Source: Octopus sinensis (Eukaryota). Taken from it: 64,000 nt of DNA. Location: the NCBI RefSeq assembly GCF_006345805.1, contig NC_043003.1:10292001-10356000 (forward strand), read 5' to 3'. The position numbers and the translations under genes were made by a program. The notes under the pieces are model-generated. The model saw only the letters and a program-made list of their open reading frames with translations. It ran no database searches and had not been told where the DNA came from. Below, piece after piece: positions 25,834-38,488 of the stretch (the stretch's first letter is position 1; the number at the start of each line of letters is the position of its first letter).

Positions 25834-26508
25834 GGCGGGCTTAATGCCTTTAGTTTAAGCTCTTAGCCCAACTGGTTTCGAGTAGTATCGAAGAGAATTG
25901 GGCGAATCTACGTGGACAATCCAGATTCTGACTGAAGAAGCAATTGGCTGCGAATGATCTGTGTGTCCTGTTTGCCGTTGTTGTACCATCGTCTTTTACC
26001 TGCTTATGTTTTGACGATTTCTTTTTGTTGTGTTCTTTTTTACCTTTTATGTATACTATCTATCTCGCTTTTATTCTTTTATTTGTTTCAGTCATTTGAC
26101 TGCGGCCATGCTGGAACACCGCCTTTAGTCGAGCAAATCGACCCCAGGACTTCTTCTTTGTAAGCCTAGTACTTATTCTATGGGTCTCTTTTGCTGAACC
26201 GCTAAGTTACGGGGACGTAAATACACCAGCATCGGTTGTCAAGCGATGTCAGGGGGGACAAACACAGACACACAAATACACACACACACACCACACACAC
26301 ACACAAACACATACACACACACATATATATATACATATATATGACGGGCTTCTTTCAGTTTCCGTCTACCAAATCACCTCACAAGGCTCTGGTCGACCCC
26401 AGGCTATAGAAGAAGACACTTGCTCAAGGTGCCACGCAGTGGGACTGAACTCGGAACCATGTGGTTGGTTAGCAAGCTACTTACCACACAGCCACTCCTG
26501 CGCCCATG

Positions 26509-26563
<55 letters not shown>

Positions 26564-26800
26564 ACGTTTGTATATATGTGTATGTATATGTTTGTGTGTC
26601 TGTGTTTGTCCCCTCTCCAACATCGCTTTACAACAGATGATGGTGTGTTACGTCCCCGTAACTTAGCTGCTCGGCAAAAGAACCCGATAGAATAAGTACT
26701 AGGCTTACAAAGAATAAGTCCTGGGGGCGATTTGCTCGACTAAAGACAGTACCCCAGATGGCCGCAATCAAATGACTGAAACAAGTAAAAGAATAAAAGA
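25629..26800. mobile_element. Cluster of SINE family A copies (25629-25800 +, 26070-26505 -, 26507-26800 +) around a PLE-like fragment (25860-26010)
   Basis: Direct similarity to the family A copies; CTGAAGAAGC...GCGAATGA motif at about 25932. Confidence 0.85.
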
Positions 26801-27001
26801 ATGTATGTAGTTGTAACGAGTTCTTACCGGTCGCTGAAATGACACCACACTGTGACGAGGGCAATGAAATAACAACACAAATTCAATTATATAAATCAGC
26901 TTTGATTGTAATGTCACAGCTGAACAGTAATTATGACTATTGAAGTTATCGTTACAATAAAAAGTTGTGTTAATTTGAATATTAGTATTACTCTTATTAT
27001 T

Positions 27002-27227
27002 AAGGTGGCTAGCTGGCTGAACAGTTAACACGCCGGACAAAATAATTAGCGACATTTAAATTTTGAGCTGAATTTTCATCCAGGTCGACTTTGCATTTCA
27101 TCTTTCCGGGGTCGGTAAAATTAGTACTAGTCGAGCACTAGGGTCTGTGTAATGAACTTACACCATCCCGCCAAATTCCTGGCCTTGGGCCAAAAGTTTA
27201 AATTATTATTACTACTATTATTATTAC

Positions 27228-27272
<45 letters not shown>

Positions 27273-27705
27273 GGCGGCGAGCTGGCAGATTCGTTACTGC
27301 GCTGGACGAAATGCCTAGCGGTATTTCGCCCGTCGCCACGTTCTGAGTTCAAATTCCACCGAGGTCGATTTTGCCTTTCATCTTTTCGGGGTCGATTAAA
27401 TAGGTACCAGTTACGCATTGGGGTTAATGTAATCGACAAGTCCCATTCCCCAAATTTTCAGGCCTTGTACCTTTATTAGGAAGGATTATTATTATTATTA
27501 TCGTTATTATTATTAAGGCGGCGAGCTGACAGCACCGTTAGTGTGTCGGACAAAATGCTGAGCGGCATTTACGTTTTGCTGATATCGACTTTGCCTTCCG
27601 TCCTGTCGTGGTCAATAAAATAAGTACCAGTCAAATACTGTGTCAAAGTAATCGACTTCCCCTCCCCTCAAAAACACTAGGGCCAGTGCCAAGATTTGAA
27701 AGGAT
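27002..27705 (+). mobile_element. Three tandem SINE family C copies separated by (TTA)n
   Basis: Heads at about 27002, 27271 and 27515. Confidence 0.85.
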
Positions 27706-29174
27706 TGTCATTGTCATTCTTAGTTTGTCATTCTCTAGAGTCGATCTTATTGCTTAACTCCGTTCCCTCAAAATCGTTAGCGTAAATCAGAAACAGTTAT
27801 TCTTGATATAATAAGGGCGATGGCTCTGGTCTTTAGTAGTTGTAGTAGCAGTCTGTAAATGAAGCTGCATTAATATGAAGGCTTTTAGCAACCAACAATT
27901 CCTAAAGGATGGCATTTAAAAAATATATATCACTTATGTCTGACCATCGTGTCACGTGAATGTTGTAAAGCAATGTTATTGGTTACCAAGTTAAATATGA
28001 AAAAGTGCGCAAGAAGGAGTAAGGATTTATTGCCGAATCATTAGGACTTACACTGTAAACTTTAAAAACCGTAACGAATCAGACAAATTATAAGTTACCA
28101 TGCCAAAGGGAAGTTAGCCTGACGCCGCTAGACTAGCATGGGCGAGGAGTGATATTATGCAAATAGGGACAAAAAATATCGAGTACTTAGGTGGAAAATA
28201 TGTTACGAATCAGTCACTCATAACCCAAATTATTGTCCAGAGAAAGTTGTTAATTAATTGAAATAAAAACCCTGGAGTCAATCTAACGTTTGTTGTTGCT
28301 TGTGAATGAGTTGTTTTTTTTTCCTTAATTCAAGAAGTTATCAAGTCTCCATAGCATTCGAATTAATCGGGAATCGACATATAATCAACTGGAATACTCG
28401 TCGTCGCAACCGACGCAGTGCCACGATATTATATCGAGTTGTTATTATGACAGAAGGTTGTTGTTGGTGTTGATGGTGGTGCTGGTGGTGGTGGTGGTGC
28501 TGGTCGTCGTGCTGATGCCGTTGGTGGCATCGGCAGCGGTGGTGCTGGTAATGGCAGTGGTGGTCGTAGCAGCAGTGTTGACGGTTGTGGCACGGACAGT
28601 AATAGTGATGGTGTTAGTGATTGTCTGTGACGTAGGCTTTTATATTTATCACTATTGTTTGCGTTTAATACTAATTACTATATATTCAGTTTTATTTATT
28701 CGTTTTATTATCTAGAATGAATACAAATGTTTATCATTTTTCAGTTATTTTATATCTATATTTATTCATTTATTCATTTTGTTATTTTTTTCTTTAGTTG
28801 TTTGATGTAGAGAATTATTTTTTTTTGTTTGGGAATTTATTGAATAGAAACTTGACTCTGTTTTTTTTTATGAAGTTCGCTATTTATGGCGTGTAATTAC
28901 GGTTATATACTTTTTTATGCGGCCTCGCGGACGACTTGTAGCTTCGCTAATAATTATTTTGTTGTGCGGGCGTGTGTTTGTAGCAGTATGTTTATATTTA
29001 GTGAATTCTGGGTGTGGGCGGTTTCTGACAAATTTCCATTATGTTTCTTTCGATTGCGCTTGTTTGAAGTTTGTAAAAACGGTTTTGCTTTCTTCATTGA
29101 TGTGTCTGTGCGTTGTGCCGACAATTGGTAGATGGTCTCAGGTAACTTAGGCAATTGTTGGCTAAGCGGTTGTG

Positions 29175-30050
29175 ATATCCTTTTCTACTCAAGGCACAAG
29201 GCTCGAAATTTTGGGGGAGGGGGCCAGTCGATTAGATCCACCCCAGTACGCAACTGGTACTTAATTTATCAACCTCGAATGGATGATCAGCAAAGTCGTC
29301 CTCGGCGGAATTTGAACTCAAAACCTAGAGACAGACGAATAACCGCTAAGCATTTCGCCCGGCGCGATAACGTTTCTTATTTCTTTATTGCCCACAAGGA
29401 GCTAAACATAGAGAGTACAACAAGGACAGACAAAGGGATTAAGTCGAGTACATCGACCCCAATGTGTAACTCAGAACGTAAAGACAGAAGAAATACCGCT
29501 AAGCATTTCGCCCGGCGCGCCACCGTTTCTGCCAGTTCACCGCCTAAATATTTATTTATTTATTGTTCAAAACAAGGACAGACAAAGAGGATTGAGTCGA
29601 TTACATCAACCCAGTGCTTAACCAATACTTATATAATCGACCCCGAAAAGATGAAAGGCAAAGTCGACCTCGGCGGAAGTCAAACTCAGAAAGTAAAGAC
29701 AGACGAATTACCTATTTCTTTACTACTCACAAGGGGCTAAACACAGAGGGGACAAACAAGGACAGACAAAGGGATGAAGTCGATTATAACGACCCCAGTG
29801 CGTAACTGGTACTTAATTTATCGACGCCGAAGGATGAAAGGCAAAGTCGACCTCGACGGAATTTGAACTCAGAACGTAACGGCAGACGAAATACGCATTT
29901 CGCCCGGCGTGCTAACGTTTCTGCCAGCTTGCTGCCTTAAGAAATCTAAATATTCTTTTCTACTCTATGCACAAGGCTCGAAATTTTTGGGGAAAGGGCC
30001 AATCGATTAGATCGACTCTAGTACGCAACTGGTACTTAATTTATCGATCC
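29175..30050 (-). mobile_element. Large nested array of SINE family C
   Basis: Five or more partial copies with repeated cores and tails. Confidence 0.9.
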
Positions 30051-30223
30051 CAGTAGGAAAAAGAATACTGCAGAGGACTGCAACAGCCGTAGTATACAGA
30101 AACCATTCCGTTTAAGAGAAAGCTTACTTTAGCACATGTTTCATCTATAAGGTTCCGCTAGATAAATAAAATTAACTAGCAATTAAAAATATTTGCATTT
30201 GTGTGCAAGCATATATGTATATA

Positions 30224-30642
30224 GGCATAGGAGTGAGTGTGTGGTAAGTAGCTTGCTTACGAACCACATGGTTCGGGTTCAGTCTCACTGCTTAGCACAT
30301 TGGGCAAGAGTCTTCTACTATAGCCTCGGGCCGACCAAAGCCTTGTGAGTGGATTTGGAGACGGAAACTGAAAGAAGCCCGTTGTATATATGTATATATA
30401 CATATATGTACGTGTGTGTATATATACATATATGTACGTTTGTGTTGGTTCCCCCAACATCACTTGACAAACGATGCTGGTGTGTTTACATCCCCGTAAC
30501 CTAGCGGCTTGGCAAAAAAACAACGATAGAATAAGCACTAGGCTTACAAAAAATAAGTCCTAGGGTCGATTTGCTCGACTTAAGTCGGTGCTCCAGCATG
30601 GCCACAGTCAAATGCCTGAAACAGGTAAAATAGTAAAAGAGT
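30224..30642 (+). mobile_element. SINE family A, full length
   Basis: Head to tail match to the other copies. Confidence 0.92.
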
Positions 30643-30658
30643 ATATATATCAATAAAT

Positions 30659-30659
30659 T

Positions 30660-30698
<39 letters not shown>

Positions 30699-30707
30699 TG
30701 ATGGATG

Positions 30708-30758
<51 letters not shown>

Positions 30759-30759
30759 G

Positions 30760-30852
<93 letters not shown>

Positions 30853-30853
30853 G

Positions 30854-30914
<61 letters not shown>

Positions 30915-30924
30915 ATAGATAGAT
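30659..30924. repeat. (GATA)n microsatellite
   Basis: Seen directly. Confidence 0.97.
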
Positions 30925-31639
30925 GCACGTTTTGAAAAAAAAACAGGGTGTGGAACAGAAGATCGAGAGTCAAGAAATGAAAATGTGTGAGGAGGTGTGT
31001 GTTTGCATTTATGCAACTTCTTGTGTAATGGGTGTAGATGCCTGCAATATGCACAGAACTGTAAACGAATTGGCAGCTTGTTACAATTATGACAGTTTCT
31101 GTTTGTTTATGTTAGTAATGTACTCGTGCGATAGCAGAGAATCTTTCTTCGAGACTATACTAAAACACCAAATATAAATAAGCATAAAATTATGTGTATG
31201 TATGTGTGTGTGTATGACTATCTATGTTTTTGTGAGCGTGTATATGTTTGTCAGCGCACACACAAACTCACAAACACACAGATACAAACAAATGTTCACA
31301 GAACATATACATACTCATACATACACACGAACACTCAACCGGTGTCGATATACGCATTAAACATTTCCATATTCGTGTTTGTGGCACAAAACTGCCTGAA
31401 TATATTAAAATCATAATCGACAGATGTTTTCTCACATACAAAATACGATGCATATTCTTAAAACACTCGATGAAATAAATATATTTTAACTAGTGTAAAA
31501 TTCGTGAAAACTTCTCTGTATACATGTCTAGGAAATGATTTTAACAACAAAAGTGGTAATGGGATGTCAGATAAAATCATTCGTTTATTTTCAAACTTAC
31601 AATTAAAATGAGCAATATTTTTATTGTAGTGTTTTATGT

Positions 31640-31675
<36 letters not shown>

Positions 31676-31682
31676 AACACAA

Positions 31683-31732
<50 letters not shown>

Positions 31733-32401
31733 TAATATATATATATATATACGCATACACACACATACATGCATACATACATACATACATACATACATAA
31801 ATGTATATGTATATATCTTATTTAAATCTTATTTAAAGGACAGAATTAAATAAATAATATTTATCTCTCACCAGAAGGAGTATTTTTTTATAATTTTCTA
31901 TCATTCAACAGTACATTAGATATATGTGCGTTTGTGTGTGTATGTGTGTGTGTGTGTGTGTATACATGTACATGCATCTCTCTCTACATAAATATATATA
32001 TATATATATAATATATATATATATATATTATATATATATATAATATATATATATATATAGCTCTGTTCTTCCTCAATAAATTTTGTGTATCGTTTTTTGA
32101 AATCTGTATAAATTCTCCATCTCATCAAATATATAATGAAGGAATGCCAAATATAAAAAAATTGTCACACTTCAAGAAGAGGAAATTCGACCTTACAGAC
32201 ATTTCGAGTTCCGCCAATCCACATATTCATTGGTCCAGCAGATGAAATGCTCTCATGATACCGTCGCTTATGATCTCCACTCGACGAATAAGGTTCAAAT
32301 GCTCGATGAAATTATGCCACACATTTGAACGTTTGAAATAAACGAGAAAAAAAACAACTTTGTCTGCCAACATAATATTTCTGTTTAAAGTTTATCAGAC
32401 A

Positions 32402-32793
32402 CTAGCAGTATCGCCCGGCGTTACTCGGGTTTGTTTCGACACTTTAGATTTAAAATTTTTGAAAAGTAAAAATTCTGCATTATGTAGCTTATTATTCTCT
32501 TTAAGTGAACATTTTTCTGGTTGAAATGCACCGACAAATAGTGACAGAGCAGTCACAAAATCGTAAAAAATAGGGATTTTCATAGAAAAAAAGCACCTTT
32601 TTGATGTAAATAAGTTTTGGTTTTAACATGGTCCGATTTGAATTTTTTCTTCTACAGAAGGAAGAGCACGACTTCTTCTATCATACTCTTAATTTTGGTC
32701 AACTTGCGCCGCAGGGTCTCGGAGGAGATAGTGTTAGTTGAAGGCTACCAAACTTGCCATACACAGACAACTTCAGCTTTATTTATAGAGAGA
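32402..32793 (-). mobile_element. Non-autonomous Helitron, third internal type
   Basis: Minus strand starts A|TCTCTCTATAAATAAAG and ends CCCGAGTAACGCCGGGCGATACTGCTAG|T. Confidence 0.85.
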
Positions 32794-33289
32794 TTAATGT
32801 TCCGAAAAATCGAAATATATACTTCCATAACATTGCACACCATCAGGTGCCAACTTTTTAAGCACAATATACACAAATGGAGACGCAGAGACTACTTTAT
32901 AAAAAAGTTTTCGATTCTATAAAAGAAGAAAGAATTATGTGATCATCATGTGATTGAAAACAGTCCCAGCCATATATATGATCGATGTGAATCGATCAAA
33001 TATTTAATGATCAATTAAAATATATTCGTCGATTGATTTGTTTCGATAGAATTCTTTCAGGATTTTTTCTATAACATGCTCTTGGTCATCGATCGAGTTA
33101 AATATCGACGGAAAATAATTTTAAATCGCTTGGAAGTGTTAAATCTTGAAGACAATCAATTTAGCATCGCTATTAGTTCGTGTTGCTGTTGCTGCTGTTT
33201 CTTTGTTTAACCCTGGTCAACATTGATTTAACCGGAGCCATGATCAAAGATATTTCATTTGTGACGTTACCATCCTTCATTGAGTCTTA

Positions 33290-33720
33290 ATCTCAGTTCC
33301 TCCAGCACAGTTTTCCTGAACATCGGGAATCAAGAAATCTCCAATCATTCCGATTTTGAACATATTCACCAACGTCTTCGCAGGTGGTGCTAAGTTGCTT
33401 CAGATATTCTTTAAAAGGGGTACGCCATGTCTTCTTGGGTCTCCCTCTCTTCCTCCGCTCCTCTGGTGGAATCCATTGTATAATTGCCATGTGTATTCAT
33501 TCTTCTTGTAATCAGAAAACATGACTTGCAAACCTCACACTTCTTTCCGCCTCGCTCCACTGCAGGTTGCGCAGTGTGGCTGCTCACGTAACTTTTGATT
33601 TTGTGATTCTCTCTCTGTAAGATATCTTGACCATTCTGCAAAGACGCCGTTTGTGGAATACATTCAACCTGACTGCGATCCTGCTAGTTATATTCCAATG
33701 TAGAATTTGAGGAAAATTTA
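33290..33720 (-). mobile_element. RTE-clade LINE 3' fragment, decayed
   Basis: RLNVFHKRRLCRMVKISYRERIT... and WIPPEERRKRGRPKKTWR...NRNDWR match the RTE ORF C-terminal pattern. Confidence 0.8.
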
Positions 33721-33996
33721 CCAACGCGTAACTGTGTAGTAAGAAGCTTGCTCCCCAACTACATGGCCTCATTATGTGGTACCCTCGGCAGATATTTTCC
33801 ACTTTCTCCTCGGCCTGACCAAAGCCTCATCAGTGGGTTTGGTAGATGAAAACTGAAAGATAGCCGTTATATGTATATATACGCGAAGTGTGGAGGTTTA
33901 GTTCCAAGTGGCCTAAACGGTTAGGTACGCTAGGTAAGTGCTGTAACGGATTACTGGCCTCCAAGGTTATAGCCGAGGCGGTAGTTATGGAGGCAT

Positions 33997-34228
33997 AAGG
34001 CGGCGAGCTGGCAGAAATGTTAGCACGCCGGGCGAAATGCTTAGCGGTATTTCGTCTGCGTTACGTTGTGAGTTCAAATTCCGCGGAGGTCGACTTTGCC
34101 TTTCATCCTTTCGGGGTCGATAAATTAAGTACCAGTTACGCACTGGGGTTGATGTAATCGACTTAATACCTGTGTCTGTCCTTGTTTGTCTGCTCTGTGT
34201 TTAGCCCCTTGTGGGTAATAAAGAAATA
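33997..34228 (+). mobile_element. SINE family C, full length, Tx1-like tail
   Basis: 17-bp TSD GGTAGTTATGGAGGCAT (33980-33996 and 34229-34245). Confidence 0.93.
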
Positions 34229-34266
34229 GGTAGTTATGGAGGCATTGAAGATTTTTGATGCAGGGG

Positions 34267-34638
34267 ATATATAATTGTTAAAGAAGACAACAAACGTTAA
34301 AACAAGGTAAACATCTCAAGTCATATGCATTATTATTATTGGAAAAAATTCAACGTCTTACAGCTGTTTCTGGGATATCCCTGAGTATGGGATATTCCGT
34401 CATCAGAGACAAATAGGGAACGATAGGGTAAATAAGAATGGTATATATTAATTAGTGGACGACATAGAGGAAGGGAATAAATGAATAATGAGATGGAAAG
34501 AAAGAAGAAAAGAAGTATAAAAGTTCACAGTTCAGCTTTGCGACGTCATAGAAACAAGAACGTAAGTCCTTTCCAATAGTAATATTGTATACGACTTGAG
34601 ATGATTGCCTTGCCTTACTGTTTGTTGTCCTCTTTGAC

Positions 34639-34646
<8 letters not shown>
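34267..34646. mobile_element. Diverged Penelope-like foldback
   Basis: 34267-34370 is an imperfect inverted copy of 34550-34646; contains the hammerhead at 34355-34410. Confidence 0.7.
34355..34410 (-). ncRNA. Type I minimal hammerhead ribozyme motif
   Basis: GUCU-CUGAUGA-C-GGAAUAUCCC-AUACUCA-GGGAUAUCCC-A-GAAA-C-AGCU-GUA-AGAC. Confidence 0.75.
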
Positions 34647-34669
<23 letters not shown>

Positions 34670-35021
34670 GATAAGAAAGTTTGTTTGGTAAAGCACGTGG
34701 GTGAATATATAAGAAAATAGTAAAGTGTGAAAAAACGACAGAAGGCTTAAATGTTAAAAAATATATATATTTGTGTCAAAATGTCTGGAGAATATTGGAA
34801 AAATTTTTTTCCTTTCCTTAAAATGACATAATTTTAAAATTTTAAAGAAATTACCGGTTTCGCGTGTAGCTTTTCAAATTTCTTGTGACGTTATGTTTAT
34901 ATTGCATGGAATTATCGTTGTTTTTATTTCCAGGAGATTTCTAAATAAGGGGAGGTAGTGAGTGATTTTTTCGGTGTAGGGGAGAGATCGCTTTTTAAAA
35001 ATTTTTTTTCCCATTTCCTTG

Positions 35022-35387
35022 TTAATTTCTCTGTGTCAGTATGTTCGGATGGTTGAGTCTGGGTTTGTACTTTTCAATGAAGAATGTTTCCTTGTTCAGT
35101 CTCATTTGTGTTGATGATCCGAAAGCACATTGGTAAAATGGGAAGATTAAAAATTGTGGCAGTAGTTGCTTTGCGCATTTCTCAATGTGCTCACTAAAAG
35201 GTATCATTCTATATTCTGGGAATGCAATCTGTTGTCGATGCAGTGTGCATCTGCGCCTGAGTGATAGTCCCGTGGAACCCACGTAGTCTTGGTGGCAGCC
35301 CGAGCATTTAATAACATAAATTATGTTTTCAGAGGCACAAGTAAAGTTAGATTTGATCTTAAATTTCTGTCCCTCTTTAAAGAAGAA
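35022..35387 (-). pseudogene. GIY-YIG endonuclease domain of a PLE (open frame, truncated)
   Basis: FFFKEGQKFKIKSNFTCASENIIYVIKCSGCHQDYVGSTGLSLRRRCTLHRQQI...RLNKETFFIEKYKPRLN; IIY-CxxC-YVG is the Neptune-type motif. Confidence 0.88.
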
Positions 35388-35524
35388 AATGGGAAATGGG
35401 AAAAAAATTTTTTAAGCGATTATCTCCCCTACACCGGAAAAAATCACTCACTACCTCCCCTTATTTAGAAATCTCCTGGAAATAAAAACAACGATAATTC
35501 CATGCAATATAAACATAACGTCAC

Positions 35525-35564
35525 AAGAAATTTGAAAAGCTACACGCGAAACCGGTAATTTCTT
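35525..35564 (+). ncRNA. Minimal hammerhead motif with U3:A8 covariation (mirror copy 34845-34884 on -)
   Basis: AAGAAAU-UUGAAAA-GC-UACAC-GC-GAAA-CCGG-UA-AUUUCUU: 7-bp stem I, palindromic ACCGGU, GUA triplet. Confidence 0.7.
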
Positions 35565-35695
35565 TAAAAATTTTAAAATTATGTCATTTTAAGGAAAGGA
35601 AAAAAATTTTTCCAATATTCTCCAGACATTTTGACACAAATATATATATTTTTTAACATTAAGCCTTCTGTCGTTTTTTCACACTTTACTATTTT

Positions 35696-35749
<54 letters not shown>

Positions 35750-35841
35750 CATGTATATATATAATATATATATATATATATATGTATGCATGTATGTGTG
35801 TATGTATATATATATGTATATATATATATGTATATATATGT

Positions 35842-35884
<43 letters not shown>

Positions 35885-35976
35885 TGTATGTATATATGTA
35901 TGTATGTATATATATGTATATATATATACATATATATATATTATATATATATTATATATATATATATATATATTAT

Positions 35977-36011
<35 letters not shown>

Positions 36012-36029
36012 TATATACCTATATATACG

Positions 36030-36260
36030 TGTGTGCATGTCTTTGCGTCTGTGTTTTTCCCCCACCACCGTTTGGCAACCGGTGTTTGTGTGTTTACATC
36101 TCTCTGATATAGCGGTTCGGCAACAGAGACCGGTAGAATCAATACTAGGCTTAAAGAATAAGAAGTTCCTGGAGTCGTTTTGTTCGGCTAAAAAAAACCC
36201 TTCAAGGCGGTGCTCCAGCATGGCTGCAATCAAATGACTGAATAAATTAAAAGATAAAAG
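36030..36260 (+). mobile_element. SINE family A, 3' half
   Basis: Ends in AAGGCGGTGCTCCAGCATGGCTGCAATCAAATGACTGAA. Confidence 0.8.
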
Positions 36261-36717
36261 ATATCCTATCTTCGTAAGATTATTGACCAGCTTGAGGGGC
36301 TCCATTATTGGGTCTTGCTCTTTCCAATATAATACCACGATCGATTCAGTCGAAGACATAAGTCTCCCATTCCGAAACTTTCCCCTTGTCCTGAATTCAA
36401 AAGGTTATCAGAATTATAATAATCATTAGGTTCTTAGACTCCACAAGACACGTATTTACTAAGATCGAACTGAATGGTGATCGATTCAATTGGTTTGAAC
36501 GTATTATTGGTACTTAGGTTACTAATCTGAGAGGTTAAAAGCTATAAAGAAATTGAGTGGAATTTCATCTCAAAAACCGTTCGAATCAAACTGAATATTG
36601 TAATCTAGAGTCAGGAAACGTTACAGTTTTTTGATTGTCGACAATGATGCGAAAATAAATAATAAATATTAATTATATTATTAATTATATTATTAATCAT
36701 TAACAATTATTGTCTTT

Positions 36718-37890
36718 GATCTTGATGACATTGAAAATGAGGAGGACGACAAGAGCGACAATGACGAGCACGTTGATGATGATGATGATGATGATGATCG
36801 TGGTAATGACGACAATGATGACAACAATGATGGTGATGATCATGACGACGATGATGACGTCGACGAGAACAACGTTGATAATGAAGGTGACGATGATGAT
36901 GATAACGACGACGACGATGATGATTATGATCATGATGATAATGATGATGACGATGGTGATGATGATGATGATCGCGGTAATGATGACAATGATGACAACA
37001 ATGATGATGATGGTGATGATCATGACGACGATGATGACGTCGACGACAACAACGTCGATGATGATGATTATGGTGATGACGATGATGAAGGTGACGATGA
37101 TGATGATAACGACGACGACGATGATGATCATGATGATAATGATGATAATGATGACGATGATGGTGATGATGGCAACGATGATGACGACGGCGGCGATGAT
37201 GATGATGATGATGATAACGATAATGATGACGATAATGGTGATGATGAGAAGGAGGAGGAGGAAGAGGAGGTGGAGGAGGATGACAATGATCATGAAAATG
37301 ATGACGACGACGATGATTATGATGATGATGACATTGGTGGTGATGATCATGATGATGATGATGACGTCGACAACAACAACATCGATGATGATGATTATGG
37401 TGACGATGATGAAGATGACGACGATGGTGAAGATAATGATAACGACGACGACGACGACGACAACAACGATGATGATGATGACGATGGCAACGATGACAAC
37501 GACGATGAAGATGATAATGACGATGACGACGACATCGATTATGACGATAATGATGACGATGATGACAATGATGATGATGATGACGGTGATGATTGTGGCG
37601 AAGATGATAATGATGATGATGATAATGATGATGAGGATGTTGACGACGACGACGATGATGATGATGATGATGATCATCATCATCATGACGATAGCGACTG
37701 CCTTTATGTTGTTCATTATTTTCCTTCTGTGATTCTCGATGCATCAATGTCTGTTCTTGTTATTCACGATGCTCTTCTTTTTTCCCTTGGTGTTTCTGTT
37801 GATGTTATACTACTGCTGCTGCCGTTGCTGCTGCTGCTGCTGTAGTTGCTGTTGTTGTTGTCGGTGTTGTTGATTATGATGATGATGTTG
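36718..37890. repeat. About 1.1-kb imperfect (GAT/GAC)n tract with higher-order units, then (CTG/GTT)n
   Basis: A unit containing GGTGATGATCATGA...GACGTCGAC...ACAAC recurs at about 36830, 37010 and 37340. Confidence 0.9.
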
Positions 37891-38350
37891 TTAACTTACT
37901 ACGGCTGCTCTTTATTAATAACTTAAATGTTTGAAAACTGAATACCTTAATCAGTCGCAGTCTTCAAATATCTTATATAATTTCCTTTTCCTTATACTTA
38001 ATATCCCAGCAGGAACCAACCATCATTATTAAATATAATATCGCCAGCCAAAGATGAAGAGAAAATGGTCGCTAGGAATACAAAATGCTGTTGGTCACTA
38101 TAGTCGAACTATTTTTGGTGTCTCAGCAGGAGGAGAAAGCTATACTGATAAGATTCGTGGAACCATTCTTGGTCGTTGGGTGCTGACAAATGTACAGTAG
38201 AAGGCTTTCGGTGCTCCAAGTGGAAGATCCTGTTTCATTTCCGCTTTTATTTCCCAGTAAGCTAATTTCATTTCTCGTACAATTCTTATATATTAGGTAT
38301 GTTTAGAACTGATATAAGCATCCCAACAAAGATTTTTATATATACATACA

Positions 38351-38386
<36 letters not shown>

Positions 38387-38428
38387 TATACATATATACT
38401 CACATATATATTATATATATATATATAT

Positions 38429-38488
<60 letters not shown>

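Larger units (their letters stand above)
34670..35703 (-). mobile_element. 5'-truncated Penelope-like element (Neptune-type) with inverted pLTR
   Basis: About 310-bp inverted arms, 34705-35018 and 35392-35703, flank a GIY-YIG fragment; (TA)n on both sides. Confidence 0.88.

Noticed and set aside
29132-29740. 202-aa ORF and repeated cores resembling a CRISPR-like array
   Set aside because: Lies almost entirely in nested SINE C copies; the intervening sequences are homologous to each other and the context is eukaryotic with no cas genes.
36700-37747. 338-346 aa Ile/Val-, His- and Met-rich ORFs
   Set aside because: Alternative frames of one GAT repeat, with no independent coding signal.
38056-38200. 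48-codon ATG ORF (MKRKWSLG...) in unique sequence
   Set aside because: Short, no recognisable motif, within chance expectation.
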